Shown: piece after piece, positions 1 to 13,345 of the stretch
Layout: every line of letters starts with the position of its first letter
Numbering within the stretch: position 1 is the stretch's first letter
From: Octopus sinensis
Lineage: Eukaryota
Direction of reading: 5' to 3'
Assembly: GCF_006345805.1 (NCBI RefSeq)
Contig: NC_043024.1
Coordinates: 18,538,001 to 18,602,000, forward strand
Length of the DNA stretch: 64,000 nucleotides
Made by a program: the position numbers and the translations under genes
The notes under the pieces: generated by a model
Told to the model about the DNA's origin: nothing
What the model saw: only the letters and a program-made list of their open reading frames with translations
Databases searched by the model: none

Positions 1-57
<57 letters not shown>

Positions 58-87
58 TATAATTACATGATATATCTATTAAAATAT

Positions 88-210
88 CTGTGTGGTAAGA
101 AGTTTATTTTCCAAGCACAATGTTTCAGGTGTAAGTCCCACTGTATGATACCTTGGGCAAGTGTCTTCAACTATAAACCTTGAGCTGACCAAAGCCTTGT
201 GAGTGGATCT
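88..210 (+). mobile_element. SINE-A 5' fragment (tRNA-like head plus CORE-like segment)
   Basis: CTGTGTGGTAAG...ACCTTGGGCAAGTGTCTT...GACCAAAGCCTTGTGAGTGGAT matches the many SINE-A copies in the window. Confidence 0.75.
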
Positions 211-382
211 GCTTACTATCCATGTAAATTTTATTTTCTTTTAAATATCCTAAGTTTGGAAATGAACCATCTGATGTGTTTATTTAAATGACCTATCAAT
301 GTATACAGTGAGTTTCTTTGCCTTAGGTGTTTTGGAAGACACACACCAGGGAATAGAAACATAATTGAAAGAAGAAGAAAGC

Positions 383-393
383 TAATAATAATA

Positions 394-460
<67 letters not shown>
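383..460. repeat. (AAT)n microsatellite
   Basis: Direct reading; explains the poly-Ile ORF 231..506. Confidence 0.95.
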
Positions 461-467
461 CAATGAT

Positions 468-992
468 GCAGTACCAGGCAGTGGCCCTCATGGCTTCTGA
501 TCTCAACTGATTGAAAGTGTCATCATGTACATTGTTTTGTCTTGGTACAAAAGATGGGTTACAAAAAATATTCTGCTTAATAGCACAGATTTGCTTGTCA
601 GTTGTTTGACCTTAACCAGTTTGAGCATGTCCCTTAGTGGCTGACGATATGTGCATCTCTGATCATGAGCAGAAGTAGTGGGGGAGCATCATAGCCATGT
701 GTTGAGAGGGATTCCTTGGGGTTTGAATAATTCACCTCTGGAAACATGGGTGGTTCGTTCAAAATCCTTAAACAACCCTTATTCAGGGACCTTTTGAGTG
801 GGATGGACTACTCGACCAGAAGAAAATTCTGCAAGGTCATGTGCTGTTTATCTTGATATGAGATCACACACATATGGTTGTGATGCATGTGCCTGGTGTA
901 CCCTTATCAGACAGGTGGTCATGATGGGTATACTGGGCTTCATATATTTTACCCCAGTGTCACTTTGATGGCATGCACTGATCTCTCACTCA
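468..992 (+). mobile_element. ~520-bp interspersed retro-element (element D) with (AAT)n tail
   Basis: Near-identical copy at 29354-29822 and partial copies at 52500-52980 and 58430-58745. Ends ...CTCTCACTC followed by (AAT)n. Confidence 0.75.
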
Positions 993-1012
993 ATAATAAT
1001 AATAATAGTAAT

Positions 1013-1372
1013 AACAAGAGCACTCAGGGAGTGCAAACTTCTGCCAAGGCAACACAAATGTCCTCTCACCGATTAGCCAGAGATGAATTTTAAAATGAGA
1101 ATATCTGAAATAAACTCAACTGCTCTCACAAATGAGAATACTTAAAATAAACCTAACCATTCTCAAAAATTAAGCAAAAATACAGGAAAAATAATCCAGA
1201 ATCCTTGTTCGGTACCAGATCGATCCCAGAAGTTTTGTGCCAGTCACGAGGCCAAACATCCCTGAAATTCTCATCCAAATCCAGCCAGCAGTTCTTGAGA
1301 TATCTTGTCCTTGGACAAACAAACAAATGTGACTGAAAACAATACCTCCGCCTTTGCTAAGGCAGAGGTAAT
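1013..1372 (-). mobile_element. Non-autonomous Helentron/HINE-like element
   Basis: Minus strand starts ATTACCTCTGCCTTAGCAAAGGCGGAGGTAT (hairpin) and ends GCCTTGGCAGAAGTTTGCACTCCCTGAGTGCTCTTGTT. The subterminal inverted motif CCTCCGCC/CTTCTGCC and the AAT context match HINE-type architecture recalled from memory. Confidence 0.55.
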
Positions 1373-1389
1373 AATGATATTAATAATAA

Positions 1390-1780
1390 TCCTTTCTTCT
1401 CTAGGCACAAGGCCTAAAATTTTGGTGGAGAGGACTAGTTGATCACAGAGACCTCAGTGTTTTGCTGGTACTTAATCTATCAACTCTGAAAGAAAGAAAG
1501 GCAAAGTACAGCTCAGTGGAATTAAAACTCAGAGCGTAGCAGCAGACGAAATACCTATTTCTTTACTACCCACAAGGGGCTAAACACAGAGAGGACAAAC
1601 AAGGACAGACAAACGAATTAAGTCGATTATATCGACCCCAGTGCGAAACTGGTACTTATTTAATCGACCCCGAAACGATGAAAGGCAAAGTCAACCTCAG
1701 CGGAATTTGAACTTAGAATATAGTGGCAGACGAAATACCGCTAAGCATTATGCCTGATGTGCTAGTGATTCTGTCAGCTT
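1390..1780 (-). mobile_element. SINE-B composite (two fused bodies)
   Basis: Matches the SINE-B body (TTCTGAGTTCAAATTCCGCCGAGGTCGACTTTGCCTTTCATCC on minus). Junction ATACCTATTTCTTTACTACC at ~1551. Confidence 0.75.
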
Positions 1781-1786
1781 GCTACC

Positions 1787-2110
1787 TTATTATTATTATT
1801 ATCATTATTATTATTATTATTATTATCATTATTATTATTATTATTATCATTATTATTATTATTATTATTATCATTATTATTATTATTATCATTATTATTA
1901 TTATTATTATTATTACTATTATTATTATTATTATCATTATTATTATTATTATTACTATTATCATTATTATTATTATTATATTATTATTTTTATTATTATT
2001 ATTATTATTATCGTTATTATCATCATTAATAATAATAATAATAAGAAGAAGAAGAATAGTAATAATAATAAAAGAAGAAGAAAAAGAAGAAACAGAAAAA
2101 GAAGAAGAGG

Positions 2111-2152
<42 letters not shown>
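1787..2152. repeat. Compound trinucleotide microsatellite (TAT)n-(AAT)n-(AAG)n-(AAC)n
   Basis: Direct reading; source of ORFs 1723..2181 and 1779..2165. Confidence 0.95.
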
Positions 2153-2153
<1 letters not shown>

Positions 2154-2409
2154 GCGATTCTGTAAACAAGAAATGATGTAACGAGTGAAATAACAAGGTG
2201 GTATTTTTATGTGATATAACCTCATAAATTTTGATTATGTCAGAATCTGTAAGAATAAGAATCTATGATACACGTTCATACAAACGACATGTTATCATTC
2301 TTTCTGAAATATCTCTTCAGGATAAATAATAGCCAATTACAGGGAAATTATTATTGAAATAAGCCGGTGATAAAATATTATATATATTTTTATTATTGAT
2401 ATTATTTAC

Positions 2410-2735
2410 TCTACTCTTTTACTCTTTTACTTGTTTCAGTCATGTGAATGTGGCCATGCTGGAGCAATGCCTTTAGTCAAACAAATCGACACCAGGACTT
2501 ATTCTTTGTAAGCCTAGTACTTATTCGTCGGTCTCTTTTGCTGAACCGCTAAGTTACAGGGTGACACACATGCACACATGTGTGTGTGTGTTTGCATACA
2601 GCAGGCTTCTTTCAGTTCCTGCCTGCCAAATCCACTCATGAGACAAGCTTGTCCATGGTACCACACAATGGGGCTGAACATAGGACCATGTGATTGGGAA
2701 ACAAACTTTTTCACTGTACAGTCATACCTGCACCA
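2410..2735 (-). mobile_element. SINE-A, degenerate
   Basis: Tail (TACTCTTT)n, CCATGCTGGAGCA motif and head remnant. Confidence 0.75.
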
Positions 2736-2764
2736 AAAAAATAAACATTTTGTCTTTGTTGATA

Positions 2765-2825
2765 GTTCTATCTACCTATCTATCAATATGGTTATCTATC
2801 TATCTATCCATCCATCCATCCATCC

Positions 2826-2914
<89 letters not shown>

Positions 2915-3033
2915 ATCTATCTATCTATCTATCTATCCATCCATCCATCCATCCATCCATCCATCCATCTATCTATCCATCCATCCATCCATATCTATCT
3001 ATCTATCTATTATCTATCTATCTATTATCTATC

Positions 3034-3064
<31 letters not shown>

Positions 3065-3127
3065 CATCCATCCACCATCCATCCATCCATCTATCTATCT
3101 AATCTATCTATCTATCTATCTATCTAG

Positions 3128-3172
<45 letters not shown>

Positions 3173-3276
3173 GATCTATCTATCTATCTATCTATCTATC
3201 TTATCTATTATCTATCTATCTATCTATCCATCCATCCATCCATCCATCCATCCATCCATCCATCCATCTATCTATC

Positions 3277-3345
<69 letters not shown>

Positions 3346-3349
3346 ATCT

Positions 3350-3383
<34 letters not shown>

Positions 3384-3428
3384 GATCTATCTATCTTATC
3401 TATCTATCTATCCTCCATCCATCCATCC

Positions 3429-3463
<35 letters not shown>

Positions 3464-3571
3464 CTCTATCTATCTATCATATCTATCTATCCATCCATCC
3501 ATCCATCCACCATCCATCATCCATCCATCCATCCATCCCTTCATCCATCCATCCATCTATCTATCTATCTA

Positions 3572-3618
<47 letters not shown>

Positions 3619-3700
3619 ATCTATCTATCTATCCATCCATCCATCCATCCATCCATCTATCTATCTCTATCTATCTATCTAATCTATCTATCTATCTATA

Positions 3701-3766
<66 letters not shown>

Positions 3767-3814
3767 ATCTATCTATCTATCTATCTATCCATCCATCCAT
3801 CCATCCATCCATCC

Positions 3815-3870
<56 letters not shown>

Positions 3871-3930
3871 GTCTGTCTGTCTGTCTGTCTATCCATCCAT
3901 CCATCCCTTCATCCATCCATCCATCCATCT
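2765..3930. repeat. ~1.15-kb compound (TCTA)n/(TCCA)n tetranucleotide array
   Basis: Direct reading. Confidence 0.95.
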
Positions 3931-4342
3931 TCTCTTTTAACTCTTTTACTTGGTTCAGTCATTTGACTGTGGCCATGCTGGAGCACCGCCTTTAGTCGAG
4001 CAAATCGACCCTAAGACTTATTCTTTGTAAGCCTAGTACTTATTCTGTCAGTCTCTTTTGCCAAACCGCTAGGTTACGGGGATGTAAACACACCAGCATT
4101 GGTTGTCAAACGATGTTGGGTGGACAAACACAGATACACAAAAACACACTCACATATATATATTCATATACATACATACAACGGGCTTCTTTCAGTTTCT
4201 GTCTACCAAATCCACTCACAAGGCTTTGGTCGGCTCGAGGCTATAGTAGAAGACACTTGCCCAAGGTGCCATGCAGTGGGACTGAACCCGGAACCATGTG
4301 GTTGGTAAGCAAGCTACTTACCACACAGCCACTCCTACACCT
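3931..4342 (-). mobile_element. SINE-A, full length
   Basis: Head GGTGTAGGAGTGGCTGTGTGGTAAG with B-box-like GGTTCAGTCCC, CORE-like ACCTTGGGCAAGT, internal (TA)/(TG) tract, and GAGTAAAA-type tail. Confidence 0.9.
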
Positions 4343-5274
4343 ATATGTAATATCTATCTATTTATCTATCAATCTGTCAGTCTGTCTCTCTATCTGTCTA
4401 TCTATATGTATATATATGTACGATACATTCACACACAGACATACACATATGCACACACACACTCACACACACATATGCAAATACATACATATATATGTGT
4501 ATGTATGTGTGTATGTGTATCCATATATGTATCAATATATCTCTTATATTAAAACATTTAAGAACATATTTATACATACATACATACATAAACATACATG
4601 TACACACACACCACACACACACACACACGTATATGATTAGTCAATATTTGATAACATATATGTAAAAGAGGGAAAATTAATTGTTAGGAAACGAAAGAAA
4701 GCCTTTCCTTGAAAATATTTCCTGAGGCGGTGCAATTTAAAATATTAATTATCTAGAATTTCATTGCTGAAGGCTTGAAATATATTCAAAATTCAGTTAT
4801 TAAGCTAAAATAATTTAGTATTAATAACAGTACTACGTTTAATTGGCAGGCATCTTTATAAAGTAAAATTCCAGAAGGAAGTTAATGTACTTGATGACCT
4901 GTACCTCTGACTTAAGGCCCAAGAAATAACGAGAGTATCTGGGAGTACAATAAAGAGCATAACAAAACAAGCAAAACATAAAGTTACCTTTTGGTTAATG
5001 ATATTAGATATTTTGTTTGAGAATGGTTAAGCAGTCATGTAGCAAAAAGATATGGTTTTCTTGAGAAAACTAGGAATTTTTAAATAGGTATCAATAAGAA
5101 GAGTTCGGTATTAGTTGAACACTTTGGAAGTGTTAGCATGCCAAACAAAATCCTTCATGGCATTTTGTCCATCTTTATGTTCTGAGTTCAAATCCAGCCA
5201 GGATCGACTTTGGCTTTTATTCTTTCAGAGTCTATAATAGAGTAGACAGAAACTGAAAGAAGCCCATTGTATGT

Positions 5275-5675
5275 ATCATCATCATCATCATCATTTAGCG
5301 TCCGTTTTCCATGCTAGCATGGGTTGGACGGTTTAACTGGGGTCTGTGAAGCCGGAAGGCTTCATCAGGCCCAGTCAGATCTGGCAGTGTTTCTACGGCT
5401 GGATGCCCTTCCTAACGCCAACCACTCCGCGAGTGTAGTGGGTGTTTCTTTACGTGCCACCTGCAAAGGTGCCAGACAGAGCTGGCACAACGGCCACGAA
5501 CGGATGGTGCTTTTATGTGTCACCGGCATGGGCCAGGCGGTGCTGGCAACGGACACAAACGGATGGTGCTTTTATGTGCCACCAACACGGGGCCAGACAG
5601 AGCTGGCAAACGGCCACGAATAGACGGTGCTTTTACGTGTCACCGGCACGGGGGCCAGCCGAGGCTGGCAACGAA
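5275..5675 (-). mobile_element. 5'-truncated RTE-type LINE 3' end with (GAT)n tail and internal ~58-bp VNTR
   Basis: Ends ...CCAACCCATGCTAGCATGGAAAACGGACGCTAAATGATGATG on minus. The family is linked to the RTE ORF 3' UTR at 20060-20350 via the 54390-55000 copy. Confidence 0.7.
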
Positions 5676-5689
5676 TGTATGAATATATA

Positions 5690-6177
5690 TGTGTGTGTGT
5701 GTTTGTGTATCTGTGTTTGTCCGCCCAACATCGCTTGACAGCCGATGCTGGTGTGTTTATGTTCCCATAACTTAGCGGTTCGACAAAAGAGACTGACAGA
5801 ATAAGTACTAGGCTTACAAAGAATAATTTCAGAGGCGTAAGAGTGGATGTGTGGTAAGTAGCTTGCTTACCAACCACATGGTCCCGTGTTCAGTCCCAAT
5901 GCGTGGCACCTTGGGCAAGTGTCTTCTACTATAGCCTGGGCGACCAAGCCTTGTGTGAGTGAATTTGGTAGACGGAAACTGAAAGAAGACGTCATATATA
6001 TTATTATATATATTTCTTTAATGCCCACAAGGGGCTAAACATAGAGGGGACAAAAGGGACAGCAAAGAGTTTAAGTCGATTATATCGACCCAGTGCAAAA
6101 CTGGTATTTTATATCGACCCGAAAGGATTGAAAGGCAAAGTCGACCTTGGTGGAATTTGATGCATATTATATATATG

Positions 6178-6214
<37 letters not shown>

Positions 6215-6460
6215 TGTGTGTGTGTATATGTTGTGTCTGTGTTTGTCCCTTCAACATCGCTTGACAACTGATGCTGGTGTGTTTACGTTCCCGTAACTTA
6301 GCTGTATCGGCAAAAGAGACTTATAGAATAAGTACTAGGCTTCCAAAGAATAAGTCCTGGGGTCGATATACTCAATTAAAGGTGGTGCTCCAGCATGGCC
6401 ACAGTCAAATGACTGAAACAAGTAAAAGAGTAAAAGAGTAAAAGAGTAAAGAGTAATATA
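5690..6460 (+). mobile_element. Nested SINE-A copies with a SINE-B fragment (minus, ~6015-6160) inside the internal microsatellite
   Basis: Order: SINE-A 3' half (truncated), new SINE-A head 5835-5990, SINE-B fragment, (TA)(TG), SINE-A 3' half, (GAGTAAAA)n tail. Confidence 0.75.
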
Positions 6461-6904
6461 AGTACCAGTTGATTACTGAGATCTGTGTAATCAACTTAAT
6501 CCTTCTTCTGCAATTGCTGGCCTTGTGCCAATGCTGGAAATCAATATTTTAACATAAGATGGTGAGCTAGCAGAATCATTAGCATGCTGAGTAAAGTGCT
6601 AGGCTGCATTTCATCTGTCTTTATACTCTGAGTTCAAATCCTGCTGAAGTCGACTTTAACATATGGCATGGATTGTTCCACTATTTTTTACTTAAATGTA
6701 TGTGGTGTGGAGCTGTTCTTCAATTTCCGTACGTGGCTAGCCAATTACTTTTATCGATGTGCTGGAAAGAAGATATGTGGTTTGCATAATGTTCCTTCAA
6801 TTCGCCCTCACATAACCTGATGTAATTCTTCTTTTCAATTGATTTGTCTTAGAGCATAGCTGTAACTTTAGCCTCGTATATGACAGAGTTTATCCTACAT
6901 ACCT

Positions 6905-7515
6905 GGTCAAGTGGGTAAGCTTCAGGGTCCGGTCATTCGGAATGCTCACAGCAGCCATATTCCTACCACTTTATGTCATGCTGGTGAGACCCATATTGGA
7001 GTACGATATTCAAGCCTCTTCTCCTTGTCTCCTCAAAGACATACATAATCTCGAAAGAGTCTAGAAGCTGGCTACCCACATGGTTCTTGGTTTCAAGCAT
7101 TTGTCTTATAAAGAAACGCTGAAGACGCTCGACCTTTATTCTCTAGAAAAACGACGACGCCGTGGTGATCTCATTCTTGCTCACAACATCATAAGCGGAA
7201 AGTGTAACCTCTCGAAAGAGCTGTTCTTCACTCCTGCTCCAGAGCGTGGGCTGCGGGGTCACTTCAAAAAGCTCTACCTGCGACGATTTCATCTCAATTG
7301 GAGGAGAGGGGCTTTCTCCGTCCGGGTTGTGGATCCATGGAATAAGCTGCCAGACGAGATAGTAAAGATGCCAACGACCGCTCGGTTCAAAGTCTCTCTT
7401 GACCAGAAATGGCCTCAACTCTTTGCATGAACACCCTCCCTGTACATAACTCCATGTCCCCTACATGGCCTTGCCTTTTGCTTTTTGAGCCAAAAAATTA
7501 ACTTAACCTAACAAC
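6905..7515 (+). mobile_element. CR1-group LINE 3' end (RT C-terminus)
   Basis: LVRPILEY...LERV*KLAT, then ORF 7080..7430 LSYKETLKTLDLYSLEKRRRRGDLI...FSVRVVDPWNKLP. Short TTAAC-type tail at ~7498-7512. Confidence 0.85.
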
Positions 7516-8173
7516 TGGACATGATCTCTTGGTAATTTTTGTGAGTTATAATGTTCTTCATATTGGTGCAGCAGATGTATGATATTTTAATTAAGTGTCA
7601 ATTCAAAATTTTCCTGTATTTATGATTCATTAGAAAATGTTTATCTAAAAGATATGAGAATTTATTGCCTACTTTAGTATTAACATTAAGGGAGAAAAGA
7701 GGGGTGAACCAAATTATTTTCCTAGGTCTATTTTTTGGTCTATTTTTACAATTCATATTTTTACTTAAAGAGTTGTAACACATTATGTCTTTGAAGCTGC
7801 TTTAGCTAGGGAATTGTTGTAGTAGGGGGTTGCCCTATCAAATATTTATTTAGATGATGATAGATTTGATGCCCTATTATTAAAGTTAGCTATCAGGTTT
7901 TTAAAGATTACCAGGGGGAAGGTGACAGGAATGTTGCTGTATGTATGAGAGCTTCTTGTTTGGCTTATGATACAGCTTAGCAAGAGTTTAAATCTTAGTA
8001 GTTAAATTTAGGGAACCATCTAAAAATCAACTTTAGACAGATTAGTAGTAACAGTGATTTTGAAACCGAATTCCCTAAAGGTCCCAATGAGATTTTTCTG
8101 AAATTCATCAAGAGTGTGACCATCACAACCATAAGATATCCTAACCCACCGTCTTGGTGTATTCTAACATCAT

Positions 8174-8579
8174 ACTCTTTTACTCTTTTACTCTTTTACT
8201 TGTTTCAGTCATTTGACTGCGGCCATGCTGGAGCACCGCCTTTAGTCGAGCAAATCGATCCCGGGACTTATTTTTGTAAGCCCAGTACTTATTCTATCGG
8301 TCTCTTTTGCCAAACTGCTAAGTGACGGGGACGTAAACACACCAGCATCGGTTGTCAAGCAATGCTAGGGAGACAAACAGACACAAACACATACACATAT
8401 ATATATACATATATACGACAGGCTTCTTTCAGTTTCCGTCTACCAAATCCACTCACAAGGCATTGGTCGGCCCGGGGCTATAGTAGAAGACACTTGCCCA
8501 AGGTTCCACGCAGTGGGACTGAACCCGGAACCATGTGGTTGGTTAGCAAGCTACTTACCACACAGCCACTCCTGCACCT
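8174..8579 (-). mobile_element. SINE-A, full length
   Basis: Same head, CORE-like segment and tail as 3931-4342. Confidence 0.9.
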
Positions 8580-8904
8580 ATGGAGGAATTATGGGATGGG
8601 AACATGGATTTTGGTGTATTCAATATAAAGCGACCTGTTATACAATCCCATCTGAATCTAACTTTTTAAGCCATGTTAATCCCTTACTAGACCAGGTCTA
8701 TTTGGTCTTTATCCACATACATTTTTGCAAACTCAGTCACCTTATCAAGCAATGATCTCAATACTGACGGATAAAAATCAACGATTTCCGATTGAGTTAA
8801 TCCAGCTCTATGGCTTATCACCTTTACTCCTAATCCAATTTATGACAGTGCTGCTATAATCTCTTTACTGTAGCTTAGCTGTCTCTCTAATTCTGATCTC
8901 TCTT

Positions 8905-9241
8905 TCTCTTTCTCTTTTACTCTTTTACTTGGTTCAGTCATTTGACTGCAGCCATGCTGGAGCACCGCATTTAATCGAGCAACTCGACCCCGGGACTTAT
9001 TCTTTTGTAAGCCCAGTACTTATTCTATCGGTCTCTTTTGCCGAACTGCTAAGTTACAGGGACGTAAACACACCAGCATCGGTTGTCAAGTGATGTTGGG
9101 TGGGGACAAACACAGACACACAAACATAGACACACACACACATACATACATATATATATATACACATATATATATACACACACATAAACAGACCAGCATC
9201 GGTTGTCAAGCAATGCTAGGGGGACAAATGCAGACACACAA

Positions 9242-9296
<55 letters not shown>

Positions 9297-9468
9297 CATA
9301 TATACGACGGGCTTCTTTCAGTTTCCGTCTACCAAATCCACTCACAAGGCTTTGGTCGGCCCGAGGCTATAGTAGAAGACACTTGCCCAAGGTGCCAAGC
9401 AGTGGGACTGAACCCGGAACCATGTGGTTGGTAAACAAGCTACTTACCACACAGCCACTCCTGCACCT
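8905..9468 (-). mobile_element. SINE-A with internal duplication
   Basis: ACCAGCATCGGTTGTCAAG occurs twice (~9072 and ~9193). Confidence 0.85.
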
Positions 9469-9923
9469 ATGTTAATCTTCCTTAGTATATTTTTAGCTAT
9501 TAAACCCATTTCACTCCTCACTAGGTTTAAAAGTCTACCTGTAGGCTTATTACTGAAATTGGGTTTATGATCTTTAAGAGCAATAAATGCTTCACGTTTA
9601 GCTAAGCATTCTAATCGATCATCAATTTTTCCTCCATTTATGGAGGAATTTAGCCTCATTGTTAATATCAATGTATCAGTTTTCCTATATTTAGCAGATA
9701 TAGTATCGTGTAGCAATTTATCGTATAAACCATTATTAACGTCTTAAAGGTTATTAATCTCATTTGAAAATATAAATTTGTTTTCAGAACTTCTAAAGTT
9801 TCTAATATCAGATTTTATTTTAGCTCGAAAATGGTTATAGTACATACGGAATCTGATATTAATTACTACATCAAGGAGGTCTGTTTCAAAAGAAACTAAA
9901 TCTTTAACCTTGGGTGGACATCT

Positions 9924-10314
9924 GAGAGAAGCACTCCGTCAGTTACGACGATGAGGGTTCCGGTTGATCTGAATCAACGGAACAACCTGCTCGTGAAATT
10001 AATGTGTAAGTGGCTGAGCACTCCACAGACACGTGCACCCTTAACGTAGTTCTCAGGGATATTCAGTGTGACACAGAGAGTGACAAGGCCGGCCCTTTGA
10101 AATACAGGTACAACAGAAACAGGAAGTAAGAGTGAGAGAAAGTTGTGGTGAAAGAGTACAGCAGGGATCACCACCATCCCCTGCCGGAGCCTCGTGGAGC
10201 TTTTTTAGGTGTTTTCGCTCAATAAACACTCACAACACCCGGTCTGGGAATCGAAACCACTATCCTATGACCGCGAGTCCACTGCTCTAACCACTGGGCC
10301 ATTGCGCCTCCACA
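9924..10314 (-). mobile_element. SINE-C (tRNA-Arg-like head), full length with 12-bp TSD
   Basis: Head TGGAGGCGCAATGGCCCAGTGGTTAG...GGTTTCGATTCCC. TSD GGGTGGACATCT at 9912-9923 and 10315-10326. Confidence 0.9.
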
Positions 10315-10345
10315 GGGTGGACATCTATGAGTTTTTAAATCATAA

Positions 10346-10729
10346 TCTCTCTATATATAAACGGCAGTTTGTCTGTGTGTGTTTCTGTGTGTCTGTTTGG
10401 TTGTACCCTCACCCTGACGATGGCTTTCAACCGATTCTGATGAAACTTGACACACACATAGCCCAATGTCATAATTCAAAACTAACGCAGCGAAAATTTT
10501 GAAAAGTTCCCCCAGTTCTGAAAAAAATCGATAAATTCGACATGGGTCGAGAATCAGAAACACAAAACACAGACTGTCATGGGGACGCAACTCGACCTTT
10601 TTTAACTCTCAAAAAAAATTTACCATCATTTTTTTTCCATTTTTTTGCTATTTTTTGGCTATAACTCTCTAAAAATGCTTTATAGTTATTTCCCTTACAA
10701 ACCTGAGCAACGCCGGGCGATACTGCTAG
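10346..10729 (+). mobile_element. Non-autonomous Helitron-like element
   Basis: 5' TC and 3' CTAG, inserted between A and T. Subterminal hairpin CCTGAGCAACGCCGGG. Confidence 0.75.
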
Positions 10730-11104
10730 TGTTCCATAAAAGTAGGGGTTAGCACTGCATCAAAAAACAAATCTTTCCATCTCATCCATCACATAAGCTC
10801 TTCAACTTTCTCTAGAAGCATCCTAAGGTATAGGTATATTTTTTATGGAGCATTCCATGGGATATAGATCCATAATAGTGTGTATAAATTTTTGAAGAAT
10901 CCTTAGAGTCACTCAACTTTATGTGGCTATATGCCAAAGAATGTGGAAATTGAACTTGCAGTAGAACCTTACATATTTGGAGGAATATAGTTTACAGGTC
11001 CAATAGAGGTAGAACCAACAACAGAAAGAGATGAATATCAATTTGAATACACAGCTAAAAAAAGTTACAAATAGTTTCATGCTTTTATGAAACATTGTTG
11101 CAAG

Positions 11105-11250
11105 AATTGTTAGGAAGGGCATCCAGCTGTAGAAACTCTGCCAGATCAAGATTGGAGCCTGGTGCAGCCATCTGGTTCGCCAGCCCACAGTCAAACCGTC
11201 CAACCCATGCTAACATGGAAAATGGACGTTAAACAGTTGATGATGATGAT
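11105..11250 (+). mobile_element. RTE-type 3' end fragment
   Basis: GTTAGGAAGGGCATCCAGCTGTAGAAAC...CCAACCCATGCTAACATGG, then (GAT)n. Confidence 0.75.
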
Positions 11251-11603
11251 ACTTTATGTGTGTGTGCATGAGAGAGAAAGAGTGTGTGTGTGTGTGTATG
11301 TGTGAGTGAATGAGTGAGTGTGTGTGTGTCGTTGTGTCTGTGTTTGCCCTCCACCACTGCTTGACAATTGGTTTTGCTGTGCTTAGATCCCTGTAACTTA
11401 GCAGTTTGGCAAAAGTAATTGATAGAATAAGTACCAGGGTTAAAAAAAAAAATCATAAGTAATGGTATCAATTCATTCGACCAAAATTCTTCTAGGGAGT
11501 GCCCCAGCATGGACACAGTCAAGTGACTGAAAGAATGAAAGTTAAAAAAATGAATATAAAGATCTGAAAATTCTTGCTACAAAATTCTCATCTGACAATT
11601 CCT

Positions 11604-12019
11604 ATTTCTTTACTACCCACAAGGGGCTAAACACAGAGAGGACAAACAAGGACAGACAGACGAATTAAGTCGATTATATCGACCCCAGTGCGTAACTGGT
11701 ACTTATTTAATCGACCCCGAAAGGATGAAAGGCAAAGTCGACCTCGGTGGAATTTGAACTCAGAACGTAGCGACAAACGAAATACCGATTTCTTTATTAC
11801 CCACAAGGGGCCAAACGCATAGGGGACAAACAAGGACAGACAGACGAATTAAGTCGATTATATCGACACCAGTGCGTAACTGGTACTTATTTAATCGACC
11901 CCGAAAGGATGAAAGGCAAAGTCGACCTCGGCGGAATTTGAACTCAGAACGTAACGGCAGACAAAATACGGCTATGCATTTCACCCGGCTTGCTAACGTT
12001 TCTGCCAGCTCGCCACATT
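11604..12019 (-). mobile_element. SINE-B dimer inside a 14-bp TSD
   Basis: Two ~185-bp bodies with one head. ATCTGACAATTCCT at 11590-11603 and 12020-12033. Confidence 0.85.
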
Positions 12020-12659
12020 ATCTGACAATTCCTGCAGCACCATTATTAATGCCAACCACCCCCTGACAATTATTAATGTCGACCACCCCTTAACAATTCT
12101 CGCAACATTGTTCTTCTTGTTTACAAACCGTCCATATCTGCAAACCATATTCTTAAATACTTGATAATTCCTGCAACACTATTCTTCATGTTCAGCGCCC
12201 GACCATTCCTGCTGCCATGTTTATGTCATATTTTACATCATCGATTTATGCGATCGTCACTGAACCATAACCAAAGTTGATATTTTAATAATAGCACCAT
12301 TATTATCCTAAAGTCTGCTGACGTTTTTGTTTTTGCTTCCGAAACTTAAAAACCAAAATAAATGAATTAAAAAGTAAACAAACAAATAAATATGTAAATA
12401 AATAAATAGTTAGAAAATAATAAATACCAAAATGCCAGAACCAATTTGGTATTGTTGTTGCTGTTACGATTCAAGCTATTAATAATCAATCGACGTTAAA
12501 TACAGTTTACATAATGTACGCATTATCCTAGATTAATGTTAACAATTTTTAACAATTTTATATTTAAAAATAAAACTACAAAAATAGCAGAAAAATAAAA
12601 TGAAAAAAAACCTCAATGGTGAGTTGTGCTGGTATAAAGCATTAATCTTTTATCTTTTG

Positions 12660-13345
12660 CCTTTTAACTTTTAACTTTTATCTTTTATCTTTTACGTGTT
12701 TCAGTCATTAGACTGTGGCCATGCTGGGGCAGCACCCTGACGGGGTATTTTAGTTGAAACAAATCGACCCGAGGATTTAATTCGTTTTTAAAGCCTAGAG
12801 TTTGTTCTGTTGTTCACTTTTGCTGAACTGCTAAGTCATGGGGGACATAAACACACCAACACCAGTTGTCAAGAGGTAGTGGTGGTGGGGGGGACAAACA
12901 GAGACATGAACACAAACACGCACACATGGATATATACCTACACACACACACTCTCACACAAACACACACACATGCACACACACACTCACACACACACACA
13001 CACACGCACTCACACATACACACAAACACACACTCACGTACACACACACACGCGTACTCACACAAACACACACTCACACACACACACTCACACAAACACA
13101 CACACACACACACACACACTCTCTCACACAAACACACACTCACACACACACACACTCACACACACACACACACACACACGCACTCACACAAACACACTCA
13201 CACACACACATGGATATATACCTACACACACATTTATACAGCAGGATTCCTTCAGTTTCCACCTACCAAATCCACCCACAAGGTGCCACAACAGGACTGA
13301 ACAATGTGATTAAGAAGCAGGCTTCTTCCCACACAGTGATGCCTG
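12660..13345 (-). mobile_element. SINE-A with expanded internal (CA)n tract (~12940-13210)
   Basis: Tail, 3' half, CA tract and degenerate head. Confidence 0.75.

Larger units (their letters stand above)
6660..10875 (-). mobile_element. Decayed Penelope-like element, family 2 (RT plus C-terminal GIY-YIG), broken by nested insertions
   Basis: Collinear minus-strand peptides: EKVEELM*WMRWKDLFF (~10790); RCPPKVKDLVSFETDL (~9900); AFIALKDHKPNFSNKPTGRLLN (9444..9716); EIVDFYPSV (~8780); LYHKPNKKLSYIQQHSCH (~7950); RPRKIIWFTPLFSLNV (7598..7783); SVIYEAKV...KNYIRLCEGELKEHYANH (~6800-6900). Many stops and frameshifts. Confidence 0.75.

Noticed and set aside
10414-10450. CTGACGA and CTGATGA followed by GAAA inside the Helitron-like element
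   Set aside because: No helix II, III or I pairing.
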